Source: Eledone cirrhosa
Taxonomy: Eukaryota
NCBI GenBank assembly: GCA_964016885.1
Contig: OZ024745.1
Location: 119,846,001-119,910,000 of the forward strand
DNA length: 64,000 nucleotides
Direction: 5' to 3'
This document shows positions 13,421 to 25,893 of the stretch, piece after piece. Position 1 is the first letter of the stretch, and every line of letters starts with the position of its first letter. Both the position numbers and the translations under genes were made by a program. Under the pieces are notes generated by a model. The model searched no databases. It had not been told where the DNA came from and worked only from the letters and a program-made list of their open reading frames with translations.

Positions 13421-14407
13421 GCCGGCTATCCAGATAAAATCAAATATAATAAAGAAACAAATTCTAGGAAAACTTACAGTAGAATATTTAATCATAACCA
13501 TTCCAATAATTTTAATAAAAGACCTAGATACAAAAACATAATCTGGTATAATGCTCCTTTCTCCATCTTTATTAATAACAATATTCCTAAATTATTTTTT
13601 AGTGCCTTAAATAAATGCTTCCCTCCCTCACATATCTATAGTAAAATATTTAACAAACACACCATCAAATTTTCGTATTCTACATCCTCCAATATTTCCA
13701 ACATCATCTCTAAACACAACAACAAAATATTAAATACTAAATCTCTTCCTTCCAATATTGAATTTCATAATAACAGTAATAGTACTCCTGACGTCATTGT
13801 AAACCCTAGGCTAACTTCTGTAAACCCAAATGCAACGTCAAACACAACTTCGCTAAATGTTCATAATCCAACTCTAAATCAAGAAACTATTATTCATATT
13901 ATTCCTATCGCAAACAACTTCTCCAATCCAATTCCTTCTATAGATAACACTAGATCACTCATTAATAATCTCTCTAATTGCAACTGCCGCATTAAAAATA
14001 AATGTCCTCTCAACAACCATTGCCTCGATAAAAACTTAATTTATGAATGTAAAATTATAACTAGCACCAATTCCTTCACCTATTTTGGCTCCACTTCCAC
14101 CTCTTTTAAAGCTCGTCTCTATAATCATCATTCATCTTTCAAATACAAACTTAAAAGAACTAACACTGCTCTCTCAGAACTCATATGGTCCTTAAAAGAC
14201 AAAAACATTAAATATAACATCTTTTGGAAAAAGATTTCTTCTGCATCCTCATACTTGAACAGCTCTCTATCTAAAATCTGTAATCTCTGCCTAAATGAAA
14301 AATTTACCATTATCTCTAACCTAGAATCCATAATAAATAGACGCTCAGATTTGTTTTCTATCTGCCTGCATAAATTCCATAGAACTTTTCACAAAGTATA
14401 CAGTTAA
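13421..14407 (+). CDS. Start-less, uninterrupted 328-codon frame: PLE linker, Cys-rich region and GIY-YIG endonuclease
   Basis: Manual translation without stops: AGYPDKIKY..KNIIWYNAPFS..KCFPPSHIYSKIFNKHTIKFSYS..CNCRIKNKCPLNNHCLDKNLIYECKI..TYFGSTSTSFKARLYNHHSSF..TALSELIWSLK..CNLCLNEK..INRRSDLFSICLHK..VYS*. Missed by the ORF track because it has no Met. Confidence 0.9.
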   Translation, partial: AGYPDKIKYNKETNSRKTYSRIFNHNHSNNFNKRPRYKNIIWYNAPFSIFINNNIPKLFFSALNKCFPPSHIYSKIFNKHTIKFSYSTSSNISNIISKHNNKILNTKSLPSNIEFHNNSNSTPDVIVNPRLTSVNPNATSNTTSLNVHNPTLNQETIIHIIPIANNFSNPIPSIDNTRSLINNLSNCNCRIKNKCPLNNHCLDKNLIYECKIITSTNSFTYFGSTSTSFKARLYNHHSSFKYKLKRTNTALSELIWSLKDKNIKYNIFWKKISSASSYLNSSLSKICNLCLNEKFTIISNLESIINRRSDLFSICLHKFHRTFHKVYS

Positions 14408-14462
14408 TATTCAATTCTTTATCAATTTAGAATCTTTTCTCAAAGGCACATATACATACACC

Positions 14463-14639
14463 TCTTTAAAATATACCCATCTACCTTACTCTATAATACT
14501 CGTTTACTCATTACCCTCATTCTATCTTCTCGTAAAACAATAACATTTGTTTTTGACATTTTGAATATTCATCCGCAATCATTATTATTTTTTCTCTCTA
14601 TCATAAATCTTTTTAATCTCAATTTCATCCTTAATTTAT

Positions 14640-14670
<31 letters not shown>

Positions 14671-14890
14671 AAATATATACTCATATATTCTTTAAAATAT
14701 ACCCATCTACCTTACTTTAAAGGGCATTATACACTCTATAATACTCGTTTACTCATTACCCTCATTCTATCTTCTCGTAAAACAATAACATTTGTTTTTG
14801 ACATTTTGAGTATTCATCCGCAATCATTATTATTTTTTCTCTCTATCATAAATCTTTTTAATCTCAATTTCATCCTTAATTTATTATTAT
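14463..14890 (+). repeat. ~190 bp tandem duplication in the element B 3' UTR, separated by a T run
   Basis: TCTTTAAAATATACCCATCTACCTTACT..CATCCTTAATTTATTATTAT at 14463 and 14689. Confidence 0.9.
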
Positions 14891-15610
14891 TTGTTTCTCC
14901 CCATCAACGAACTCATTATTAATACATATGAATTCAATATACAAACTTTAACTTCACATTATTTTTCTCAAATCCTTCTACACATAAACTTTTTTTCTCT
15001 TTGCTAATTTTGAAATTCCCACAATACATACATTTCTTCTTTTGACGTTAGAATATTCACCCACAATTATTATTTTTTTCTCTCTATCTTCATACATAAT
15101 TTCCCTTCGTTAATTTTCAAATTCCTTTAATTTATACATTATCTTCCAACGGTTCCCAACCTCTCTATATTAAAACATTATATCTTTTTCTCAGTTATAA
15201 AAACTATCTCTTTCTCTCTATCACCCATCTCTCCCTTTCCACCTTCACTCTCATCTCCTCCCCTTTTTTTCATCCTTTCCAACCCCCCCCCCCTCCCTAA
15301 ATAAAATATTTTTTCCTCGCACATATCCTCCCTTCGTTAATTTTCAAAATTTTTAATTTATACAGTATCTTCCAACGGTTTTCAACCCCTCTATATAAAA
15401 TATATCTCCTCTCAGTTATAAAAACTATCTCTTTCTCTCTATCACCCATCTCTCCCTCTCATCTCCTTCCCTTTTCATCCTTTTCTCCCCCCCTCTCTAA
15501 ATAAAATATTTTTCCCATTATCACACATCAATCTAAAACCACTTTCCATATGTTGATTTAAAACTGCACTATCAACAAGTGTTTTTTAGCCTTCATATCA
15601 TGTTCTCCTG

Positions 15611-15677
15611 TTTTATCTGATGAAAACACAAATATTATTGTTTGATGATGTTTGTTTTTGAAATGCGCATAATAAAA
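15611..15677 (+). ncRNA. Type I hammerhead ribozyme (right arm of element B)
   Basis: TTTTAT CTGATGA [AAA c ACAAATATTATT gttt GATGATGTTTGT t TTT] GAAA TGCGCA T A^ ATAAAA: 6-bp stem I, long G.U-rich stem II, palindromic ATGCGCAT stem III. Confidence 0.88.
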
Positions 15678-15752
15678 TATATGGAACTCCTTTAACCATC
15701 TTTTGATCTTATATATATATATATATATATAAGATCAAAAGATGGTTAAAGA

Positions 15753-16157
<405 letters not shown>

Positions 16158-16633
16158 TTAGGAATTGTGTGAGTGAGTGTGTGTGTGTGTGTTTGTGTGT
16201 GTGTGTATGAACATGTCTTCTTTATATGATGTGTAATCTTTCAACTGACTCTCGCAACAACACTGAAGGGAGATGTTAACGACTGTGAGTCGAAACTATA
16301 AAACACGATCTATTTGTCGGAAGCCCTCCATCTAGCGCTGTTGCCATCAATGATGTACATGTTATGTATACCACTTATATTATTGTATTCCCCTCACAAA
16401 CAGTCGCTCCTTGATATGTGGATTGTCGCTCTATCTCACTCACCCTCTCTCTTTCCGTCTCTCATATTCTATCACCTTCTCTTGCAAACGCACAGGCATG
16501 CGCACATATGTGTATATATATATATATATATAATTGGTGTTGGATGCTTATAGCGTCCGTATGCGGCAGGCCGCATGAGCACTCGATGGTCTCATAGAGC
16601 AGAGTATGATGGCACATATTCTCTTTTTTTTCT

Positions 16634-16667
<34 letters not shown>

Positions 16668-17452
16668 TAAAAATTAGCGAGAATCGAACTTCAGCTCAGG
16701 AATTAACGAAAAACACTTCCGAGTTGTGTGGCAAGCGCTCGATAATTCATATGAATTAGAGCTTACAACTTACGTTAACGGCCAAACACACTGAGATGGT
16801 GGCTAAACTAATCATCCGCACAGCGAGAAATCGATCGCCTAATTCGGGTCAAACAGATATACAAATATAAAAATATATAAAAATATAAATGATGGTTTAT
16901 ATATATATATATATATATATATGCCTGACATTTTTATACCTCAAATTCCTATGCTATGTAAAAAAGAAATGCATGAGTAAGTATCCATAGAGAGGGATAT
17001 TAAATCAACTGTGCCTGTTCGAGAGGGATAAATAGAAAGAGTGAGAGAGAGAGAGAGAAAGAGAGAGATAGAGAGTGAGAGAGAGAGAGGGAGATAGAGA
17101 AATAGAGCAAGAAAGACGGAGAGAGAGAGAGAGAATCTGAGTAGGAGAGAAAAAGTGTGTGTTCGAGAGAGGTAGGAAATCAGAAAGAGGTAAACATGAA
17201 GAATCAGCCTGTCTATTGAACCGCGACTATTTTATGGACATCGAAAAAATGGAAGAAGTTGACCCCAGTGGAATTTGAACTCAGGGAGTAGCGTAACGGA
17301 ATGTATACTGCAAAATATTCTATCCTACGTTTTTACGAGTAAAGATCAAATACAAATGCCTTATATACGTATACACACACAAACACACACATACGTGGAA
17401 ATATTTATACAGACATACACACATACTTATATATATATGAACACACACGCAC

Positions 17453-17492
<40 letters not shown>

Positions 17493-17519
17493 CTGTGTGT
17501 GTATGTCTGTGTGTGTCTG

Positions 17520-17558
<39 letters not shown>

Positions 17559-17726
17559 ACGTATGTATGTATATATATATTAGTGTAATAACCACCTTCG
17601 GTTATGAATGACCATGGCATTTGCACCTACATTAACAAGTCTGTGAACAGCTGTTTGTGGTACACCAACATTCACCCATGCATACCGATCTCCACACCCA
17701 CGCCACCAATGCTGTCCAAGGGAAAG

Positions 17727-17862
17727 GCGAATGGCTTAATGGTTAAAGCGTTGGGCTTACAATGCTGAGATTGAGAGTTCGATTCCCGGATGCAGCTTTG
17801 TGTCATTGAGCAAAACACTTTACATTATGCTTCTCCAGTTTACTCAGCCGTAGAAATGAGTG
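17727..17862 (+). mobile_element. Diverged tRNA-derived SINE related to family 2
   Basis: TGGCTTAATGGTTA..GAGTTCGATTCCC..TGTCATTGAGCAAAACACTT. Confidence 0.7.
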
Positions 17863-17902
17863 GCGATTTCAATGGAGTCAAGCTGTATGTATATATACAT
17901 TC

Positions 17903-17973
<71 letters not shown>

Positions 17974-18129
17974 TGTTTGATTACTAGAGCAGAGGACCGA
18001 TTCCAGAGTCCGTCCAGATCGATAGAGATGGAACTTTAAGCTCATCAATAGCGAAACGAGCGTCAACAATCAATAAACGTAATTTAGGCTTAACAAATTG
18101 TCCTTGTATATATATATATATATATATAT

Positions 18130-18267
18130 AGGAAAAGAGTCGGGACACAAATAGCCGGAGCTAAGCAGTCGGGGTCCTGTCTCTTTTCCTATTACCCACT
18201 CTACTACCATAAGTATCGAGTACTCTGGTGCGTTATGGTCCAGCTGGTTTTCTACGACACTTCAATT

Positions 18268-18270
<3 letters not shown>
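18130..18270 (+). mobile_element. Element C terminal-repeat fragment in (TA)n
   Basis: Matches 42712-42835 (CCCACTCTACTACC..AAGTAT..CTGGTGCGTTATGGTCCA); starts GGAAAAGAG, inverted internally as CTCTTTTCC. Confidence 0.75.
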
Positions 18271-18361
<91 letters not shown>

Positions 18362-18499
18362 GGGCTTAGTAAAATCGAAGCTTTGGCTGCGGGCAAGCAA
18401 CGTCGACCTACAAAATGAACGAGTTAGAAAAGCACTCGATATATATACATATGTTAGACCAACGCTACAGGACCCACGACACCCGGTGGCACACACCGA

Positions 18500-18890
18500 T
18501 TTTGAAAAAACGAAAATAATCAACCTCTCAAATACAAACTTCTCTGCCCAACAAATAAAATTCTCTCCAAAGGACTGAAAAACAATACTGACATTATAAC
18601 TAAGGCAGTGGACAAGGGAAGTACTGTCGTCATTATGGATGGTGAACTATATAAACATTCTATGTTCTCTCTCTTACAAGATACTAACTACTATGAACGA
18701 GTAAAAAAACTACCAGAAATCAAATACGATGACCAGATTAAACACATTCATTTGTCGATACCAGGAAGAGTTAACTAAAACACATTTTGAATACAAAACC
18801 AGCAACCTTTACGGACTTCCGAAAACCCACAAGTGTAAACTAATTAACGATGCCTGTAAACAATCCACCTCAACCTGCGTGAACATATAA
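18500..18890 (+). mobile_element. PLE reverse-transcriptase N-terminal remnant
   Basis: Frames give KIINLSNTNFS, IITKAVDKGSTVVIMD..Y..LLQDTNYYE and KTSNLYGLPKTHK; DKG and YGLPKxHK are conserved PLE RT N-terminal motifs; frameshifted. Confidence 0.85.
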
Positions 18891-19054
18891 ACGTTCATTT
18901 ATTTGCATCGTTATATAAGGTTTATATTTCTGTCGTTCATTTCCTCCTTTTTCCTTTTCATTGCATTTCACTGTAATGCAGTTTATATATAATATCGTCT
19001 TTTTTAAATGTATCATGGATTACTTTACTGATTACAGAAGAAAGTGTAACACAG

Positions 19055-19426
19055 TCTCTTTTCAATTTCTGTGCATGTTCTTAATTACGATTTTATTCGA
19101 CGTATCATATCTACATGCATATATATTTGCATATAATATCAATATGAACACTACACATGCTAGCAGAAAACCACCCCACGATGGTTTTTCTGCTAGTATA
19201 TTTAATAAAGGAATTTCTTAAAACCTCTTATTAGATTCAATTAAAAATATAAGCAAACAAAACAGAAATGACAGACTATGTTACACACTCTCTTCAATTT
19301 CTGTGCATATTCACAATTACGATTTTATTTGACATATCTCTACATGCATATATATTTTCATATAATATCAATATGAACTCTACACATGCTGGCAGAAAAC
19401 CGCCCGAGGCGTGGTTTTTCTGCTAG
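19055..19426 (+). mobile_element. Two tandem Helitron-like 3' ends
   Basis: ~140 bp unit twice, each ending in a hairpin (AAAACC..GGTTTT) and CTAG followed by T (19193-19197, 19423-19427). Confidence 0.55.
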
Positions 19427-19810
19427 TTTGGATAATTGTAGAGGGAGAAGAGAAATATTTGTAAAAGAGAGAAAGAATGTATGAATATAGAATGAATTTT
19501 ATTTAGGTATTAGAAAAAATAAATAAAAATATATTCTACGTTGGGTCAAGGATGATTCGATCAGTTAGATTCTCTGTGTCTCTTGGTGTTCAGCTTTATT
19601 TATTGCTCAAATTGATTTTCTCTTAATTATATTACTAAGTACTGATAAATATTATATCTTAATTATTGGGAGTTTCTGTGTCACACAGTCGAGTGTTTTA
19701 TGTTTCAAAATATATTTTGGGTAGTTTAGCTATAACGCTTTAAGATCTGGTTAAATGCACAAAGTTTACAACAGCAACGCATATATACCACCAACAACAA
19801 CAACAACAAC

Positions 19811-19903
19811 CACAGAAACACATGCATCATCCTAAAACAAAGAAATGTTCCAATGTTCAGTAGTCATGATTGCGCCTATCCAGAATACAATTAAATTATT
19901 TGT
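19811..19903 (+). repeat. ~92 bp direct repeat of 23377-23468
   Basis: CACAGAAACACATGCATCATCCTAAAACAAAG..CCAGAATACAATTAAATTATTTGT at both sites. Confidence 0.88.
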
Positions 19904-20393
19904 CTAATGCCAAACCCTAAACTGATTTACCCTAAATAATTCTGTATGTATAAAATCGTCCCCTGTTCTACAAATATTCCACCACCTCTATATACTCGCA
20001 CCTCATAAACTGAAATTTCCCACATACACAGCTACATTTATACATGAACACAACTACATACACACATATTGACAACTTCATGCAAATAAAACTCCCAGCT
20101 AAGACCAATCAAACGCCAAAACTGCTTACACAAAAAAAAACAATATAAACACAGTCACATATTCCCTTAAAATAGTCATATTATAACTATATAATCGTGG
20201 CTACATATAACCATATGAAGGTAATGGCCACGCACAACAGTCTCTAGTACTGGCGATATTAAAATACAAATGTAATTAAAATAGCTCTAAAATATAATTT
20301 TATAGTAAGTATTACTTATCAAGGGAGATGAAAGTGGAAAGAGAAATGTTTACAGGTAAGTCCGGTAATTAAGTGTCTACAGAAGAAGAAATA

Positions 20394-20878
20394 ATGATTT
20401 CTAGTATAGACACAAGGCCAGTAATTTGGGAGGAGGGGAAAGTCGATTAAAGCGACCTCAGTACGTGACTGGTACTTTATTTTATCGACTCCGTAAGGAT
20501 GAAAGGCAATGTTAACATCGGCAGGATTTCAACTCAGAACGTAGTACTAATAATGGTATTGATAATACTAATAATGATGGTGATGATGATGATGATGATG
20601 ATGATCATGATGATGATGATCTGATGATGCTGATCCATGTAGAGATGGTGGTGATGATATTTTTTCATTGGTTACATGGGGCCAAGATATATAAAACATG
20701 TAACTTATATTATGTGACGCTAAAAATAAAGAGGCAAACGAAATAAATATCCAAAAATATGAATAATTATAAAGGAAGGAATAAATTAAGCTAACTAAAT
20801 AATTAAGTTAAGGGCCGTAAGTCTATGCTGCAAGGCATGGCGTCCGATCCTCTACCGATATTACTAATCCAACGCCCT
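20394..20878 (-). mobile_element. SINE family 1 interrupted by a ~265 bp insert
   Basis: SINE body 20394-20543, insert matching 5200-5426, SINE head resumes at 20810 (AAGGGCCGTAAGTCTATGCTGCAAGGCATGG). Confidence 0.8.
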
Positions 20879-21486
20879 TACATAGAAAGAAATAATACGA
20901 GGAGTTATTCCCTACAAGGTAACGTGTGTAGTCAGGCGGCGAACTGGCAGAATTGTGAGCATGTCGTTCCGACACTTTGCTTTCCGAATCTAAATCCCGC
21001 TAAATCTCATCCACACGACGTCAATAAATAAAGTATCAGTTAATTACTGGGATTGATTCTTCCTCTATATATCTTACTCACTTCCATTCTCTATGTATCT
21101 CTGGAACAACTCTGTTGTACACAGACCCGGAAATGAAATGGGCTCCATCAAGTTTAAAGATGCCCTAGAAAGGCCGTTTGTCAATATGGCGGCTCTTGGA
21201 CTCGCACGGGAGTTATGAACCCATACATACATATAGCTTGATAATATATTTCTACGGTCATATTTGTTCAATTGGTTTATAGAAAATAGCTTCCTCGTGC
21301 CGTTATATATTTTACGAAACACCCTGTTTTCTAAGATATGGGGAATTATGTATTGTAAAATATTAATTTATGACAAAATTAATTCTACTTTAACCACAGT
21401 AATTGAGCTCTCTACTATGTGAGGAATCTACACGCTTTATAAAACTTGTTAATTTACTTCTGAGGCATAAATTACTACATCATTAT

Positions 21487-21996
21487 AATTGTTTCTACTT
21501 TTGGCACAGGGCCAGCAATAACCCCAGTGCATTACAGGTACTTTATTTTATCGATCCCGTAAGGATGACAGGCAAAGCGCACCTCGGCAGGATTTGAACT
21601 CGGAACTTAAAGAGCCACAACTCTATGCTGCAAAGCATGGTGTGTTAAGCTCTACCGATACTGCCAATCCACCGCCTTTCATTATAAGTGTTTCTACTTT
21701 TGGCACAAGGCCAGCAGTTACCCAGTACATTACTGATAGTTTATTTAACCTCGACGGGATTTGAACTCAGACCGTAAAGTGATGTAACTATGCTGGAAAG
21801 CATGGCGTCCGACGCCCTACTGATACTGCCAATCCACCGCCCTTTAATTCACCATTATAATATTATAATTGTTTCTACTTTTGGCACGAGACCAATTTTC
21901 CCAGTGCATTACTGGTACTTTATTTTATCGACCCCATAAGGATGAAAGGTAAAGTTAACCTCGGCGGGATTTGAACTCAGACCATAAAGGGCCGTA
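21487..21996 (-). mobile_element. Three head-to-tail SINE family 1 copies
   Basis: TGTTTCTACTTTTGGCAC recurs at ~21490, 21689 and 21870. Confidence 0.9.
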
Positions 21997-23643
21997 TAAT
22001 ATTATAATATTGTTTCATTAAGTCAGGAATTTCAATCATATCATTGATTTCCATCAATAGTTAAGGTTTTTAAAACGTAATACTAGTGTGGGTGGTGATG
22101 GTGATGGTGTTGGTTGTGTTGCTGCTGTAAGTCTCTTTGCAGTAGCCTTCACCCCTTTTTCATTTCTTCCCCAAGAGGCCCAAATATTATACTTTCCCCT
22201 TCACAAGGCAAAATCCAAGGGCTTATATCCCTTACACAACAAGCACAATTAACAACAAATAATTATAACAGGTAAATAAAGCACTAACTGGGAGCGAGCA
22301 AAAAGACGTCCGAACAGACCAATAATAATATTAATAATAATAATAATAAAAATAAATATCAAATATATCAAATATAGGTCTCATAACTTTCTACATCATA
22401 AGCATTTAAGTTGGTTCTGAGAGAACTTCATGACAAAATCAGTGCTAGTCCCCAGAATAAGTTAAAACACGTTTCATAAAAAGAAATTCATTAATGTACA
22501 TCTCGATGTCGGATGCATATATTTTGTTATACATAGAAATTTAAATGTAGACAATCATTATGAAAAATAGGTGAGAATGTCTGTTAATGTACCACTGGTG
22601 ACCAGAAAAAATATAGACAGAGGAACCTGAGTATTAATTGACGCCTATCAGAAGATTGTTATGTCTGTAGCCAGACGAGTCAATATTCGGTCGACATAGG
22701 AATCATTGAAAACATTTGAAATATAGTCTTCTCAATGTATGCGACTGCCCCAATAGTCGAGCACATTCAATTATGGTAGATACAATCTGGTAATGTGCCA
22801 CCCGAGTAGGAAAATGTGTATAGAGCCGAAGACGAGGAATCGAAACATCCATATCTATGATGCGAGGCGAGTGCAATGAGGGGTGTCCAGCTATTAAATG
22901 CCGTCTTTTAGAAAAATTGAAACTTATAGCTGGGAATGTGAGCAGAAAGTTGACATAATAATCATTTAAGAAATAGATTCTTCTTGTGACGCTAAACTAC
23001 GCAAGTTGCAGACTGCGCATCAACATGTGATATCTCTCTCCACAAAGTTCGATCACCAGCAGCAGGGTTCAAAGATCAAAAATCAAGGTCTAGTCCATAA
23101 ATTGACATTATCAAGCCATCGTTTTGGCTGCCGGCCTCTGCTTCTCTAACCAGCCAACCTTCCTTTCAGGCATAACCAACTCACACCACGAGTTAATCTT
23201 TTTATATGACCGTAGAGTTTGAATACTCTTGACTTTACAGTTGATGTAATTGTTCTGTTTGGTAATGTTGAGCAGCTCACTGATACAGATACGTCGCGGA
23301 GCGACTTGACAGTCATAAATCTCATGATGTGGTTCTGGAATGTAGAGAGCTTCTGAAGTAACCTTGTTCAATTAACACAGAAACACATGCATCATCCTAA
23401 AACAAAGTGATTCTCCAATATTCAGTTGTCATGATTGAGCTTCTCCAGAATACAATTAAATTATTTGTGTGTTCAGACAGACGGGATATTTGAACACACA
23501 AGACATATCTGAAGAACCTTCGGATACAGAGTCGCGCTCGATCTGAAACAGATCCTTCCTCAAGCTGATCGACGGAGAACATATGTAATATGTTAATACA
23601 TTGGGGTTTGAAGCATTACTGATTCCTCATTCTTTATGCTATG

Positions 23644-23687
<44 letters not shown>

Positions 23688-23689
<2 letters not shown>

Positions 23690-23940
23690 GTAGAACACTG
23701 GAAGGTAATATCCGTAGTGGTAAAGCACTCAGTCCAGTCCATGGGACGAGCTGAGGATCCGCTAAGGTGAAACAATTGTTCTCGGTATGGTGAACTAACT
23801 TTTGTGTAACCACTTATATATATATATATATAATAGTAGAACACTGGTGGGTTATATCCGTAGTAGTAGAGCACTCAGTCCATGGGACGAGTTTGGTAGA
23901 AGTTCCACAACAGTTAGTTTACCATACCGGGAACAAATGT
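23688..23940 (+). mobile_element. HHR-bearing cassette with a partial direct and a partial inverted copy, in (TA)n
   Basis: 23688-23750 is repeated at 23833-23891; 23771-23800 is inverted at 23906-23941. Confidence 0.7.
23747..23784 (+). ncRNA. Minimal type I hammerhead ribozyme
   Basis: CGAG CTGAGGA t CC gctaa GG t GAAA CAATTG T T^ CTCG; palindromic ACAATTGT stem III; very short stem II. Confidence 0.78.
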
Positions 23941-24078
23941 TGATCATTTATTGTATCTGTGTGTGTCTGATTGATCTTAGTTTAATTCCTGTGTGTCTCT
24001 ATATAGCCCTACCCATGCTAGCGTGGAAGATGGGCGTTAAACGATGATGATGATGTTTGCCCTTAGTTACTAAGTTAT

Positions 24079-24400
24079 CTAGTTGTTACTATTCCACTCA
24101 TGCCTTTTATTTAATTTTGGTCGGAGTATATTTGTATTTGTTGCTTCATTAATCCGTCGGGGCATTGCGTTTGTTCCGTGTCTGGAAATATTTGTATTTA
24201 TCACGTTCCTCGCTAGTCAGCCCCCATGTTCCATTCTAGCACGTTGGTGGAGTACTGATGATTTTTTTCTCATCTTGGAGTTTCCACCAGTGTTATTTAT
24301 CTTTTCTCCTGTGTTTCGGGCCGTCTCACCTATGTATGCCGTGTCGTTTATTCTTACACTGTTCTCCGTGAATCTTACGCTTTGTACAGTATACCAAACT
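24079..24400 (-). mobile_element. Decayed GIY-YIG endonuclease of a second PLE lineage
   Basis: Manual minus-strand translation: VWYTVQ..AYIGETARNTGEKI..KSSVLHQRARMEHGG*..AMPRRINEATN..PKLNKRHEWN; one internal stop. The plus-strand 155 aa ORF here is its shadow. Confidence 0.78.
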
Positions 24401-25150
24401 TTTTTTTTTCATATAATTTTCTGTATAACTTTAAAATCATACCACATCAGTAATACGACTGTGTTATTCAACAGCACGCTACAACTGAGTATATATGTTG
24501 GCACGTACCTTAGTGATCGGGTTGTTTGGCGCACTATCGTAAGGTTGTGATTTCCATACCCTGCGATGCTTCTAAACGTGGCGAAGACATATTTCACGTT
24601 GCTCCAGTCCACTCAGCTAACAAAAAGGAATTGTTCTTGTATTTCAAAATACCAACCTTATCACACAATATGTCACACTGAATCTCCCTGAGAATTTCTT
24701 TAGAAGAACACATGCCCATAGAATTCCCTGCTACTTTAATTACTGTTAATAGCTGTTCCGACGTAGGTCCAACACATACACACACACAAAGTGTATTGTT
24801 ATTTTTGACCAATTCGTCAATTCTCAGAACTCGCGTGAATCTAATTAACAATGCGACATCGTTTTCAGAATGTGCATGACTGTCCAATCAGATTATAATA
24901 GGACAACCTGGAGGCCATCCGGTCATGGAAATATATTTACATCAGATACCGTATTGCTTCCGTTATATCGTGATCAGTTTTAATCATTTGCTTTTAATTG
25001 GTAACAATATTTCCAGTAATAAAATGTCTGCTAACTTTGTCACTTTCATTGAATATACCACACACCAGCTGTCATATTTATGTTGTTGCTGGATTATGTG
25101 TTATTGCAATTGAGTTCTTTCGCATTATTCTTGTTGTCTGGTATCTTTTC

Positions 25151-25893
25151 GTGGATTGGCAGTATCGGTAGGGGGTCGGACGCTATGCTTTGCAGCATAG
25201 AGTCACGGCCCTTTATGATCTGAGTTCAAGTTCCGCCGAGGTTAACGTTGCCTTTCATCCTTACAGGGTCAACAAAATAAAGTACCAATTATGTACTTGG
25301 ATAATTGCTTGCCTTGTGCCAAAAGTAGAAACAATTATTGCCCGAGGTTAACTTTGCCTTTCATCCTTACGGGGTCGATAAAATAAAGTACCAGTAATGT
25401 ACTGGGATAATTGCTGGCCTTGTGCCCAAAGTAGAAACAATTATTAGTACGTTAGCTAGAGGGTATTAGTAAGTTATTATTAGTTATTAATAGTATTATT
25501 AATACTAATAATATTCATTATTACTCCGTTAATTAGGTAGATGGTTGGATGCCATGCTTTGCAGCATGGAGTTGTGGCCTTTTATGGTCTGAGTTCACAT
25601 CCCGCTAAGGTTAACTTTGCCTTTCATCCTTACGGGGTCGATAAAATAAAGTACCAGTCACGCACTGGGTTCGATTTAATCGACTTTCTCCGCCCCCAAA
25701 ATTGCTGGCATTGTATCTATATAAGAAACCGTTATTAATATTAGGATTGGCAGTATCGGTAGAGGGTAGCATAGTTACGTCCCTTTGCGGTCTGAGTTCA
25801 AATCTCGCCGAGGTTAACTTTGCCTTTCATCCTTACGGGGTCGATAAAATAAAGTACCAGTAATGTACTGGGATAATTGCTGGCCTTGTGCCC
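25151..25893 (+). mobile_element. Cluster of four SINE family 1 copies
   Basis: Core TTGCCTTTCATCCTTAC at ~25248, 25354, 25617 and 25820. Confidence 0.9.

Larger units (their letters stand above)
12869..15713 (+). mobile_element. Penelope-like element B: 5'-truncated copy with inverted ~550 bp pseudo-LTR arms
   Basis: 12869-13421 is the near-exact reverse complement of 15161-15713; the arms enclose the GIY-YIG frame and a repetitive 3' UTR; the right end abuts (TA)n. Confidence 0.93.

Noticed and set aside
24083-24550. 155 aa hydrophobic plus-strand ORF
   Set aside because: Antisense shadow of the GIY-YIG remnant.
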